Source of the DNA: Phoronis australis
Lineage: Eukaryota; Animalia; Phoronida
Reading direction: 5' to 3'
Length of the DNA stretch: 64,000 nucleotides
NCBI GenBank assembly: GCA_002633005.1
Contig: NMRA01000120.1
Span: forward strand, 315,056 to 379,055
Shown here: positions 26,014 through 38,950 of the stretch, in pieces
Position numbering within the stretch: position 1 is the first letter of the stretch
How the letters are laid out: every line of letters begins with the position of its first letter
Made by a program: the position numbers and the translations under genes
The notes under the pieces: generated by a model
Told to the model about the DNA's origin: nothing
The model's input: only the letters and a program-made list of their open reading frames with translations
Database searches by the model: none

Positions 26014-28565
26014 GAAATGAGCCGGAAAAGTTTGGTGAGACGCTCCGTTGTTCTACTAAACCCCTTGTTATTTCTGTAGAGTGCATCGATTTTGGTCACA
26101 GTGACATTTTCCAATAGATAGAGCAGTATATTGAAACATTTATCAACATGTGATCGGATTGTCCGAATGTTGTTGTTGTTTGTCATTATCCACACATGTT
26201 CATTGACACATGTTGATTGACTAAGCCAGTTCCGCCGGGCCAACCAGTTAAGATTGGTATAAAAGCCTGAAGTCGTCATCGACGGCCATTGAGCCGGCGA
26301 AGTCTGTCGAGTGCAGGCAATCAGCAGTCACGTTACACGACACTTTCACAGTGCTCCCCTCGACGTAGCACTGAGGAAAGTGCAATCTGCCGACGTATGG
26401 GGGGGGGGGGGGGGGGGGGGNNNNGTGGGGGAGCAGATCGGGCAGAGGATTTGCCTACCAGAGACGCTGTATTATGATTAAAACACAACTTACGTTCATG
26501 TACAAAGCTTTCCAAATGCAGATATAATTACACTTGTAAAACTATTTTAAAGAACTCTTTTTCTATCGACAAGTCATATTGTGGGCTGAAAGAGTGTGAA
26601 ATAGATTTTCGTTGTTTATTGTTCGGGGATTGCTTTTCTCCTAAAACTCTTATTTGTTGGACATTTTGTTACAACTGTTTCCAAGTACTGCTTGTCAATT
26701 CAAGAAAACAATATGCGATTGTGAAAGAGGTAGACTGGAGTGAGAAACAAAATTTCAGTAAGTTATCTGACGGCAGGTTGCACAGATAAATTTGCCGGGT
26801 TATACAATAGCATTCCATTCATTTTATCATCTTCCCTGCTGGTGTTTCGTTACTTTTGACAGCGACTTTCGGTGTAGCTTCATATCAAACTGAAACTGTA
26901 GAACAACATGTGAATCATGAGAAATGTGAGTTTATTTCGTAAACCAACATTGGCGTGTATTATCTTACTTAGATCCGGTCAGATCAGTTATTTCCACATG
27001 TGGTATTTACTGACGTTAAAACATAAAATTATATTGTAATATCTGGCACCAAACGCAATGACAAGCGACCATTTCCGCTTTTGATATCAGGGCTTCATTC
27101 CGTCTGCTTCCCTTTCGCTAAATTGCTTCCTTGCCGAACTATGTTTGAGCGGACTAACGAAATGTCGTCGACCTCCACATGTTGTTTGGCAGTTCTAAGA
27201 GAGCCGACTCGTCGCATCGTGACTGAGGAGAGGTGGCGTGGTTTGCAGGCGTTCATTACGCCTCTGCACATGCAAGAGGGTAATGTACGTTCCCCGTCGC
27301 GGGCGATTGAATCCCTGAGCTCACTCGTGTGTGATTTAGTCGCCCGCAGATAGTAGATAGAACTTTTTTTCCTTCCTACGAGTACATCTGACTAAACCAG
27401 ACAGCTGTTGGTAGATACTGTATTGGTGACCAACGACAACGTGTTGTTTGCAGGCCCGTAGCCGGGAGGGGGGGGGGGTTGTTCGGGGAGTCCGATCGAA
27501 CCTCCCGTGGAAAAGGTCCAGCCCCAGCCTATCCGTTAAAGATAGGATATAGGTGGACAACAAACACACAGTTGTGGCAACTACTAGTACTACTAACTAC
27601 AATGATAACTAAATTTTGAATTCTAATTCAAAGCGGTTCACGTAATCATCGGTCTGTACCCGGTCAACTTCACCCGAGTGGTGTTTGCGTAGATGAAATT
27701 CCGGTGCAGACGATTAGAGGAGGCTTAATGTTATTCATCGTCGTTGAACGCGCGTGGTGGTTACACCAAAGGGTAAAAAGGGAGTCTAGAAATAAATGTC
27801 TGTACCCAGCTAAGCTAAATAGCAGCGAGAGAGCTCCCAAAAAGTAGTGCGGTTGAAGGCCTTAAAATCGACCAAGACTGAAACAAAACAGCAGAAAATT
27901 GGTTTGTTATTTCTGCTATTTTGACATACTTGTTAGGATAGTACGATAAAGTGCAAGCATTTTCAAATTTCGAATTGAAAGTGGTTTGATATGCAGCAGT
28001 GACCCAGCATACTATTATTGGTTCTCACAATGCAGTTCTTAGATTTGAATGACCTGATGCTCGAAATCAGCGGGAATGACACACACGTAGAAAACGTAAA
28101 CAGGTTGTCCACTTGCATTGTTCAGCTTGTGAAGTGATTACAGCGGTACATGTGGAACATTCAAGTGTCACTAAAAATTAAACGTGGTTGCGGGAAATAA
28201 ACACTACAGAGTAATGCCTTGGTCACCATGGCGGTCGATGCCGTTGACTGAATTCCATCCTGATGTCTGGCACAATCGAGCAGGACCAGGTGATACTTAA
28301 AGGCGAAGGCAACCTTTTTCCATGTCATTTTGAGCTAAAATAAGGTTGGTTGGTTATCCTAGAAATATTTTCCACTTAATTATAGCTTTTCGGAATTTTA
28401 TTAATTATTCGTCCGTTACTGCGGAAGTGACGTTTTAGGAGGCAAGCATTTCGCGCCAATTTCTTTTCATATAGTCTGACTGTGAGAGCTGCCGAGTCTG
28501 TCATTGTTCTACCTCTGTTGTGTTAAGTTCCGTCCTTGTTTGCTTTCATTTACTAGTCAGTCAAC

Positions 28566-29083
28566 ATGCCACACTGTTGCTGCACACCGGAATGTACTAA
28601 TTATCGGCTCACGCGCGCTTTGGGAGTACCTTTGCATCGCTTTCCGATGGATGACACACATTCGCCGTACTTGGCTCGTTCGTGTGAAGAACGCAGCGTT
28701 ACCCGTCCACGCAACGTACAAAGCAGTGGAGAATTACCGTGTGTGTGGCAAGCACTTTCTGCCGTACGATTACGAAAGGGATTTGTACGCTGAACTGATG
28801 AAGGTCCCTGCGAAACAACGCCTGAAGAAGGATGCCATTCCGTCTGTGTTGATTCCCGGCAGTGCCCCGTCGCCACCCTCGAGAAGTGCGTTTTTGAAGC
28901 GAGAAGCCTCGCGAGCTGTGGCCAGTACACTGACTGGAGCCAGTGGAGGCACTTCATCTACTGTCACCCGTGCCTCCGAACGTACCCCAGAGCGTGCAAT
29001 TCCTGGAACCAGTAGTGATTCGCCCTGTGCTGTTTTCTCCAGCCCAGAGCCTCTAAGCAGCCCTGCAGCCATATTAAGTAGTG
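28566..29083 (+). pseudogene. THAP zinc-finger N-terminus of Kolobok transposase, one frameshift
   Basis: MPHCCCTPECTN...LHRFPMDD /frameshift in an AC repeat at ~28655/ IRRTWLVRV...YRVCGKHF...RLKKDAIPSV = C2CH THAP signature with AVPT-like box. Confidence 0.85.
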
Positions 29084-29178
29084 NNNNNNNNNNNNNNNNN
29101 NNNNNNNNNNNNNNNNNNNNNNNNNNNNNNNNNNNNNNNNNNNNNNNNNNNNNNNNNNNNNNNNNNNNNNNNNNNNNN

Positions 29179-29338
29179 CTGCCTGTGCCTGTGCGTACTC
29201 AGCCTCGTTATACTCGGGCTCAAACATGTACCCACCCACTGAATGTCCGTGAAAAAATTCCTCGTCACCACTGCTGTGAACAAGGTCTCCGTCACTCACA
29301 CTACTGTCACTGTGATACGGGTCACCGACTTCAGTCAT
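29179..29338 (-). pseudogene. N-terminus of second Kolobok ORF (KolX / P2X7-like), truncated by assembly gap
   Basis: MTEVGDPYHSDSSVSDGD...GGYMFEPEYNEAE: an acidic N-terminus with the YMFEPE motif typical of transposon-borne P2X7-like proteins. Convergent with the THAP ORF inside the same TIRs. Confidence 0.65.
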
Positions 29339-29676
29339 TTTCAGCTTACAACACACTAAACAATCCCTAAATCCAACGTAGTTGAGTTCTCTACTAACCT
29401 ATCTTGCCGCAGAATACTCGCCGATGGAAAGTGGTGGCGACAATTGTTGAAAAACAGCACAAAACTAAAGTAGAATAGAACAGAATCGCACGGTAAAGTC
29501 AACGCAAAACCAAGTGGCGGGAAACGCTTGCCTCCTAAAACGTCACTTCCGGAGTAGCGGACGAGTAATTAATAAAATTACGAAAAGATGTAATTAAGTG
29601 GAAAATATGTCTAGGATAACCAACCCACCTTATTTTAGCTCAAAATGACATGGAAAAAGCTTGCCTTCGCCTTTAA

Positions 29677-31110
29677 CGGCAACAATCAACCAGCCAGTGC
29701 GTCTGGTAGGATGGATCGACAGTTGTTGTTTGTTGCTGGCAGTTGGTTTTTCGGTCATGTCAACATCGTCAGACGGAAATCCAACTTCCTTGGAAGTAAT
29801 GGTTCTAAATCAATTATAAGCTCCGTAAGCGGGCCCACAGTGATGACCAATCATTACGTATCGGAAGAACGGCCGCCAAGCTGGTTCTGGTGTACCAATA
29901 ACTGCCTCCCTTTTTCTCCCCCGAAAGCCAAGAGCCTGGAACACTATCCTCTCTTCTTCTTCTTCTTCTTCTCTGAGATGAGTTGGCTTAAGACACCGGT
30001 ACGGTCTACGCATCCTCCAAAACCTGGAATGTCAACCTTCTGAACAGATGTGCCAACATACTTATTGTTTATCGGGTACTTCGTCAATCCTCTGGCGAGA
30101 AAGGAAAAGAAAACATTCCCCTCGATGCTCTGGAGCAAAATGTTGCAGAATTCTGCGATATTTCGTTCACTTGGTATCACACCTTTGGATCACGTCTTCC
30201 CCAAATTGTCAGGATCTTTGGACACTTCTTGTTAACTTTGTAAGGAATGCCGTTTGGTCCAGGAGTTGATCCTGATTTTGCCTTCTTGTCACCTTCCGGA
30301 ATGGCACCCCAGTAGCAAGGGGATGGGTTTGTTTGTTGGTCTATATGTTTAATTCAAAATAATGTACTCTCCCTGTGACACCTATCTCATCGCGTCTCTC
30401 AAGTAGCTCTAATGCTGAACTTAGGAGAACTCCGATTTCCAGAATTCCCCTCTCCTATCAGATTCCTAAGAATGGATCTTTTTAAAACTTGTCTTTTCAC
30501 ATATAAGTTTTCGAGTATTCTGGTCTCGCAGTGTTTCCCTCAGTTGCTTTTATTTAATTTTTTGGCTTTCGCCAGCTCTGCGGTAAGCTTTCGTCAAAAA
30601 TCTGAACAAACTGCGGATGTTCTTAATCCTCCGCTCCCGTCTTCTCAGTGTAAATGGCGTTGGCACTCTTGCCTTCTGCTCCTCTGTACCAAACCTTTCC
30701 CATTCTACGTTGTAGATGATGTCGGCACAGTGGCAATGTTCTTTCCTACGCCAACTTGAAGGGCTGTTTCCAAAACGATGTCAATGTCGATACAGCCAAT
30801 TATTTCAACACCTTTTCCAAGTCCATTGTCGTCGAATGGGCTGAATCAAGCTCACCGCGCTGGAATCTCCGTGACACCAACCATGATCTGCACGTTGTTG
30901 CGGGAAATATGGGGAATTGAAAGGCTTTCAATGTTGTGGGTTGACTCCTGATTGAGTTCTACCTGCCTCTCACCGGCGCGATGCTCCGTGCGTTGTCTCT
31001 GATTTCTAGCCTGATGCACCAGGAGATCTGTGCCTCGGTTGATTCTTCTCTTATGGGAGTGAGTCGATTGTCGGTTGTTGTACACGGTTTCTTATTCGGT
31101 CATGTCGACA
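29677..31110 (-). mobile_element. Decayed Hero-clade (R2-group) non-LTR retrotransposon, N-terminal region and start of RT
   Basis: Colinear motifs on the minus strand: LVHQAR...GERQVELNQESTH; DIVLETALQVGV...IIYNVEWERFGTEE...RRERRIKNIR; KKAKSGSTPGPNGIPYKVNKKCPKIL (30210-30287); LLQSIEGNVFFSFLARGLTKY...YVGTSVQKVDIPGFGGCVDRTGVLSQLI. Confidence 0.85.
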
Positions 31111-34100
31111 TGTTATGGATATCTTTCTTAGAATGTGGATTCATGGAAGTAAGAGTCAGTTATAGCGAACAGCGTATCCACTACTCGGTAACGTCATTCA
31201 AAGCCGTCAGAAAGGAGTCTGTTGAATAGGAAAGGCTTCCAATTAATCGATTCCAACCACCATAGTTGCCAACATTTCAAAATGAAAAAACGGGACATCT
31301 GGATCTAGGCCATAACGCAAGAGGGAAATATTTACTGAAACACCCAGAAACATCATGCTGGCGTGGTTCTAGTCGTGACTGTGAAATGGAGCACGGAAAA
31401 ATGGGCATATAGCGTGGAAAGGACGATGAGCACCGAAAGAAATATGCAGCCACACATTAACACAATAGCGTCAGTGTGTGAATACCGCTCCCTGCGTCAA
31501 AAAGCCGACATTCCAATGCTTTGACAAGACGGGGGAGAAAACTTCAAAAGCGAGATGGTCTCGCCAAAAACGGGAACATTGGCAGCTATGCGCACCAGAT
31601 ATATACTACCCAGTGCAAGACCTAACGCGACACCGTTCTGGTCTCACGCAAACTACATTTAACCGATAATCATTTTATTTGGCATTAATAGTTCATCTGA
31701 AGTTAATTCGTGGTTATAGAACGTAGACTTAAAGATACAGATAGATAGAAAATGTCACTACTGACATTCACACAATTAATATGAAGCTCTAGGTCTCAAC
31801 AAAACACCATATATAGGCTTCAGAAATAGGCCCTAAGCAAACGCCAGTTCAAACGTCACAACCTACTATTGTGACACGATAAAACACTTACGGTTTATGT
31901 AATAAATGGATAGTACCCGAGGCTACATAATAAATTGATTTGCCATAAGGTTGTGTATTTAATTAGAAAAGTCATCAGAGAACCGAAGCCAGATTAGACA
32001 ATATATTTGCACATTCACTTATAGCTGTGTTACGTTTATTCCTTAGTATAAAATGTTTAAACAGTCCGTGGACAATATAATACATCTGATACGAGTAAGT
32101 GGGAAAGTGTTCTTTGACGACTTGTCTTGTTAATTTTCGCATGATCTGTGCTCAGATTTTAATTACCAAATTGTGTCCAAATTCCAAGAAAGCCCTACCG
32201 GTGTCGCTGCTGTAAGCCTAGTTCCGTCAAAGTGCCGCGACTCAGGTTACGACTTAAAATCGTATCGAGAAAAACAGACCAGAGCACTTGAATATTGAAA
32301 AGCTTAACTACTGTACCTTGACCAAAGTGGATTACAATGTGTAATGCTCTAGTGACCTCTGACTTTTTCGATTTTCAATAAAAAATCCCATGTGCGAAGC
32401 GTTTAGTAATTGCCTAAATGTGTACAGAAATTGCAATTAACCGCGTATACCGTCCTTGATTAAATGAAATGCCATTTCCTTAGTCGCACGTTATAGTCGA
32501 ATCATGTCCTTTTTGAGCAATTTACAAAAAGGCCTCTGTTTAGCTGTGGACAATGAAAAAGTTCGAGGTTTGGTGTCTACGCAATCAATCACACAAATCA
32601 AAGTTGACGTGAGTGGTCGCATTATCTGTACGTGTAATAAGACAACTGTACTTCGCTGTTTTAAGTAGACACAAAGTCCCTCGTGTCGTTTCGGTTGTGG
32701 AGGTTTTGTTTGACGAGTTTAATTTAGAGATGAAACTCTTAACAACAATATGTGACTGTGCGAATTGTAAAACGAGTAGTTACATGTTTTTAGTTAAATA
32801 TAATCATTGGCTTGGAGTAACGTGGTCTATGAGACCAACGAATGGTTAGCTTACAAGGTTAATTGGTACTTAGTACACCAAAATACATAACGCATAGCCA
32901 ATAGCACAAATTGGAGTACCCATAGACATCATCAAACGGAGATATTGCCCAGTAAGAGCTGGACCGGGTAATTGATGGTGACCACAAATTTCCTCTACGT
33001 TATCCCAACACGTATTGATCTCTGTCAAGCACAATTAAAATAATACGTGTACAAGCACAACACCAGTGTTCTCATAGAAGTTTCAATAGCTCAAAACAAA
33101 CCAGAATCCGGAAGTAAAGTTGATCGTGTTTGTGAGCGATAAGCAGTTGGCCTAACTGGAAGAATAAATAGACAGAAATGTGATTGTTACTTAAGATTTA
33201 AAGTGACATTAACGGCGAAAATAGCTCCAGGAACCTGGTCGCGGTAACAGAATGCTTTGCCAGTGAGCTAAATCTCACTCGCTAAATGGTTGAGTATTTT
33301 GAGGGTGTTTACGTGGTCAACGGCCTTGATTTCAGCGAACGTGAGGCAGAAAACGGCGAGAATTGGCGATTTGTCATAAAATCACAAAACACAATGGATG
33401 TTATTGTTTCATAAGTCTGGTCAAAGGTAGTAACTATCATGTCCAACAATACTAAATCCCCAAAATGTTTTTCAGCCTTGAAAGCCATAGTGTCCTATTA
33501 CCATCACGTGTTTTTGTTCACAAATTAGAAAATATTGGAATGACGCCAGTAGAGTTGTCTTCGAATGCATTGTAGAAATCACTAAGTATTTCTCTGGCAG
33601 TTACTTTGATACCCGTACACTGAACGGTTATTGGGAATTTTCATACCGTAAAAATTATGTTTCCTTTCGTTTCAAATTTAAAAAACACCTGTAGACATTT
33701 GCCGGCATTATGATATCAGGAAAGATGTTAAAGCGCTGTTTATTCAATCTGATTGAAACCTGCCCGTCCGCACTGCATGGGATCTTTAGGTGGCGCTGAA
33801 CGCCTGTTCACCAGATCGCCGCCAGGTGGGATAGTGAATTTCAATATGGCGCGACTATTTCGAAAGTCAGCCTGAGGATGCACCCGATAGTTTTTGAGTC
33901 ACGGTTAACTTACCTTTCCCGCAATTTCATTATGTTGGCTACTGCCGAGTTGGGTGATAGTCTTGAGACCTGTACTCAGTATGAAAGCTATGAACGGTGT
34001 TTACTGTTTGTTAAAAGGCAAATTGCTTACTTCCTTTGACGGCAGCTTTCGCTCCCAGCCAATCGTCCTGACAAAAGGGAAATTGAAAGTCAGCAGAAAA

Positions 34101-34350
34101 TTCAGATTTGTAAAAACGCAGACTCCGAAGCCTACTTTTCACGCCATACTTTAAGCCTGGAGTATTTTGGCAGTCGGATTGATGATGAAAATGGAACACG
34201 CCCATTTGCTGTTGAGAACCTATGCCGGTCGCGCTCATAATCAGTTGATTAGTTATAGCGCAATTTCCATGATTTCGACACTCACATTATCAATTACCGA
34301 ATGCAATCAAAGCCGTCTCCTGACAACTTTCAGGGCCCTTCACCATCAAT

Positions 34351-35522
34351 AGGCGTTTTGCGAGTTTATAACAATAACGCGAGATTATGTGAGACTTAAC
34401 TGTGACGTCACGGGAAGTGGGGCAAAAGCTTGTCGTTTGGTCATTTGCCCAATACGGTAGCAGAGTGTATTCTGTTATTGCCTTCGAGTTTTTAGCCGTT
34501 TAGTTCGAAAAATGTCCAAAAGCATTGCTGTTATGGCAAATGAACTTCAGATTCGCACTACAATACGTTCTATCGCGTTCTGTACTAATTTCGTCCCGTG
34601 TATTTTAAACGGGCGGTAGGCGAAATCCGCTCACTGGTAAAGTTTTCACCTCGTCGAAAATACATTCTACACCTAAAATTAGCACCTAAAAGGCTCTTAC
34701 TTTCTTCAGTGACTCTTTCTGCTTCTAAACATATCTTCGATGAAGCATATATACGGGAATTCAGGTGACTTAGGCGAAGAATTCCAACTCCACTTTGTGG
34801 TTACTGTTAACTTTGTCCGCGCGCGCGATTACCACAATCAAGTATTTCAACTGAGTCAGGTGAGTATGAGGCAAAGGCTAGCGCGAGACTGAGCGAAGCG
34901 CGAGATCTGGCGCGTGACCTGGCGCGTGACACTTGCAAAATAGCATGAGAAAATATCAAGTGAAATTTGTAAGATTTGTGTCCCTTGGACTTTTTGTTCG
35001 TCAACAGGCGTGATTTCACGTAACTTCCTCAAAATGGCGGCTCTTTAGTGAGAGAAACTCGAGAGAACCGCGAGGTTTTCATGAATATGCTCAAGTTATT
35101 TGTAGACTAAATTGTGTCCAGAGTCAGGGTATGTGTTAATTATAACTTCATGTGCACATATGCATGTTTCATTTGATTTTATTTGCTGTATTTTGAAGTG
35201 AATATCTTTTTATGGGGATACACTATCGCCCCTGTATGCCTGCGCCATTCAGGCCTAGAGCGGGTTAAGTTCCAATTTCAGTCCGTTCACAGCTTCGCAC
35301 AACATAACAAGGTCACATTTTCTTCGTCTATTCACAGTTATTCCACGACCCATCTACCATATCTTAAGTTGTTTTAACGTTTTAAGCGTAAAATTCACCA
35401 TAAGAACTCCAGTAAGTTTTAGCGTGTGTAGCAAAGACTCGGGGCAAAACAAGAGCAATATGGCGGGTTTTGCCCCTTTCCGGTGACGTCACAGCGACTA
35501 GCGAGAAACTCGCAAGTGAGCT
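34351..35522. mobile_element. Decayed ISL2EU-like DNA element (AT TSD, AG...CT ends) with THAP-like remnant
   Basis: at|aggcgttttgcgagttt ... aaactcgcaagtgagct|at. Subterminal inverted repeat ctgtgacgtcacgggaagtggggcaaaa (34401) / ttttgcccctttccggtgacgtcacag (35467). KHCCYGK*TSDSHY at ~34520. Confidence 0.55.
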
Positions 35523-38500
35523 ATTAACTGAGACTCGGCGACTCGAAAATTTACTAATCGTTTGCCACGCTCCGGGTAATTTTTCCAATTTAACGCGACG
35601 TGATTGGTCAATTTTCGAATAGACTCTCGAGCAAAGTTTGGCGGTCATGGGCGCAGTCTCAAACTGGAAAGACAGCGTGTACTTGCATGCGGAGTTTGTC
35701 TGTCATGTCGCGGAAATGTCATGCGGCCGGAAGACGGGCTAGACTTAGAAAAAGTTGTTTGCTTCGGGGCTCTCTATATCGTCACAAAACATCACTCATT
35801 CCAGCTGAGTAGTGCCTGTTATCATCATCACCACTTTTTCAGATGTGCAATGTACGAATTAAATGTTTATTCCACGTTTTCTCCTTCGACCGCCCTAAAT
35901 GGCTTCTGGTCCCTCAGAGAATCCCGGGGCACAAAGCCCTTTAAATAGGATGGGGGTATTTTACTTGGCTTTGAAAAGTGCGAGCTATTCTTATCCCTCC
36001 CAGGAAAATGAAAATTGCGACAATGTACCGAGAATTCAACTGTACATGTATGTATTTGCACCGTAAGTGTAGAAATGTATTTTACTTCTACCTTCAGCGT
36101 CGCTGAAAAATCATGCCACAAGCACAAAGCCCATCCTTTCCTAACGCTAAAAGTATAAGGAAATGCGTTTCATTTCGGCCCCAGTATCAAGTCTTTGGAA
36201 GAATCGAGGTAGACTCGGTTCGGTTATACTCATAAATATCAAATGAGAAGTATTGCATTGACTACGGAAGCCATTTCTTGATGGCGACAGTGAACAAATC
36301 CAGGCTGGCCCCTGGCTCAAGTTCATCTCTGAGGCTCGCGGGTTCTGTTAGAAGTTTTAGCTTAGTACGTCACAGCATTAACTGAACTGAAAACCATACT
36401 ATATAGCCGCATGAATTTTTGCTATATCATGACACTATGAAGTGAAACGTTAACTCTGCTTTACGTCGTTACCATGCGGGTTGGTGAGTGGTGGTTTAAC
36501 CACTGCATGTGGCCTATTTCTAAACATCTCGTTCTACACATAAAACACTTTACTTACCCTTTTTCGCCGGTAGAAAGAGTAATTGAAAGATATCAGTAAA
36601 ATAGGAACATTCATTAAATTCCATTATGCATTTCCATATTTTGCTCGCAATTTATCTCATTGACATTATTGGTTTTACATCCGAACACGCTTTTTGGGGA
36701 TGATTGGTTGAATGGGGGGGGGGCAGACTTCAGGAAGTTACTATGTTTGACCAGAGCCATAAAACAATACGTTGTTTTTTTGATATCATTACAAGTCGTC
36801 ACTTCTCGCCGTTGTTTGCGAGACATTTGGTGAAATAAAATCCGGTGTATTTTAGACGCAGCGCCAGGTAGATTGTTCGGCCGCCATCACGGAACCAGTA
36901 GGTTCGATTCCGCGCTACCGCTAATTTCTGTAAAAATTGCTTTTCTTGCCGCTCATGTCCCTGTAAAAGTAAACTCGGTGTCACTCCACTTCGGCGGCCA
37001 TTTTGTGATGACAACTCCAGAAATCAAATTTGAAAAGCTCTGTTTAATGTGACATCTTTCACATCATGTTGATAGAGTAATACTTGGGAATTCGATCTGA
37101 CTAAATTAGTTTGTGGCAAAACAAATAAAATGAAACGAGAACATTATTTATAAGACCATACAACAGACTCTGCCCAAGTTCGAGGCTCTATTTTTCAAGT
37201 CAACTGTAAGTACAAAGAACAGATTGCTTGTACAGATAAATGGGGTGAAGAAGGATTTAATATGGGATAGTAGATTTTTGACAACAAAATTTGGCAACTG
37301 CTTTGCCGATTTGGTTCATTCGCCCTATGATAAAATGAGATAACAATTAAGCGTCTGAAAGGAAGTCCCGGTTTGAACTCGAGACTCGCATTGACATCGC
37401 CGGTCTGTAACAATTCACTGAAACAAGCTCGATTACAGTGGTATCTAAACCAATCGATCACTCGAGGAACAATTTGTTGGTTAATTAGTTGGGATTTTAG
37501 TTGATTGAATTCAGAGAGTGCTTTTGTGTATTGTACATAACATAATATGTACGACTACCACCCAGTCTTGGCGCCATAATCTGAAATGCAACTATCGTGA
37601 GGTCACGGACAGAGAATATTTATCCCAGAGCAACTTTACGCCGGCATTCTTAGGGACACACAACACTTCCGTAAATAAGCATTTACATGGATTTTTCGTA
37701 TGTCTGCGTAAAATTGTTCACCAGTGCCAATAAGTAAGGCTTAGGCGCGTGCAAAACACGTGAAAAAAGAATGTCTTTTCAAAACGCATTGTTTCGAATG
37801 TAGATGCATGGGTATTTGCGCCCATATATGGTAGAACATTGCAGTGAAACTGGGGACACGACAAGGAGAGCTAAGTAGTACAGCAAGTCATTGCTGTATA
37901 AAGGGGTTTTGTGCATACTACAACTGAAACTTATTATTGGCTATTAAAAATTAAAATCATGTTATTCGAGTATTGTCAAACGTTGGAAAATTCGAAGCGA
38001 ATTTGATAACTGGTCCACACAAAGTTTGGTGAATCGACAAGCGTCTACACGCGCCTTGGACTAGAAAACTAGTTCCTATATTTTCACCAGATTAGAATCG
38101 AAAGCGCAAGGAGTTTCACTGAGAAGCATTACTAAAATAGGAACAATTCGTAAGTTGCAATCATGAGTGCATTTGTGTTTTTTATTGGCTATCAAATGAA
38201 ATTCAATACCTTTCAACTGTGGTAGCTAAGTGAACCATCTGACATCCAAAAATTATCTTGACTATTCCCTATTTAATTATGTTTATTTGAAGACGTTTGA
38301 TTGCGTATAGAAAAAATTGTCATATTTTGCATTATTACCTGTGATAGAGTGAAGTTCAATGCCGTTCAACTGTGGCGGCCATTTTGATGGTGCACCACCA
38401 GAAAACCAAAACATTATTTTGAACATTACGTATTTAATTCTGCTGTTTTGAAGACATTTGATTTCACGTTGAAAGAGCTTCATTTGGTTTCAACTATATT

Positions 38501-38811
38501 GGTTGCAGTCAAATTTCTATTATGAAGACCTTATCTGAATAGAAGTGGAGAACTGTACAATTCGTGTACGCTCCAATTTTAGTGGCTGTCTGGGGCATCT
38601 AAAACAACGTTTAGAGACCGTAGTGTTCTTTTCTTTCCCAGGAACTTATTCGAGTACAATAATTGTTGCAGAATCCAAAAAGTCTGAGGCTCAGCAGTAT
38701 TACACTCTGTTATCGCGCCACTACCGCAACAGATTTTCGCCAAAGATGCACCCATGTGGACAACGATATTATTATTATCGAGTTTTTTTATTCTGAATTG
38801 AGATACTACTG

Positions 38812-38950
38812 CACGGGCGGATCCAGGACTTTGAGATAGGGGGCCAGGATTTTTCCCGTCAGACATTCGCACCCCCGAACTGCCAAATGGAATCTGACAG
38901 AATTTTAAGGAGGCCATGGCCCCCTTGGCCCCCCTCTAAATCCATCACTG
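38812..38950. mobile_element. hAT-like MITE (CACGGGCGGATCCAG...), 6-bp TSD ctactg
   Basis: ctactg|cacgggcggatccagg ... taaatccatcactg|ctactg. Homologous, in inverted orientation, to 61306-61604. Confidence 0.75.

Larger units (their letters stand above)
28301..29672. mobile_element. Kolobok-type DNA transposon (non-autonomous or gap-truncated) with 158-bp TIRs and TTAA TSD
   Basis: ttaa|aggcgaagg ... ccttcgcct|ttaa; TIRs 28301-28458 and 29515-29672 have 11 mismatches and no indels by manual alignment. AG...CT termini; convergent internal ORF starts; 95-N gap at 29084-29178. Confidence 0.9.

Noticed and set aside
28504-29370. 288-aa ORF as an intact host gene
   Set aside because: TTG start, spans a 95-N gap, contains only the second half of the THAP domain and lies inside TIRs.
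33980-34240. Possible hAT TTF-type zinc-finger remnant on the minus strand
   Set aside because: Motifs need several frameshifts to align; not supportable by eye.
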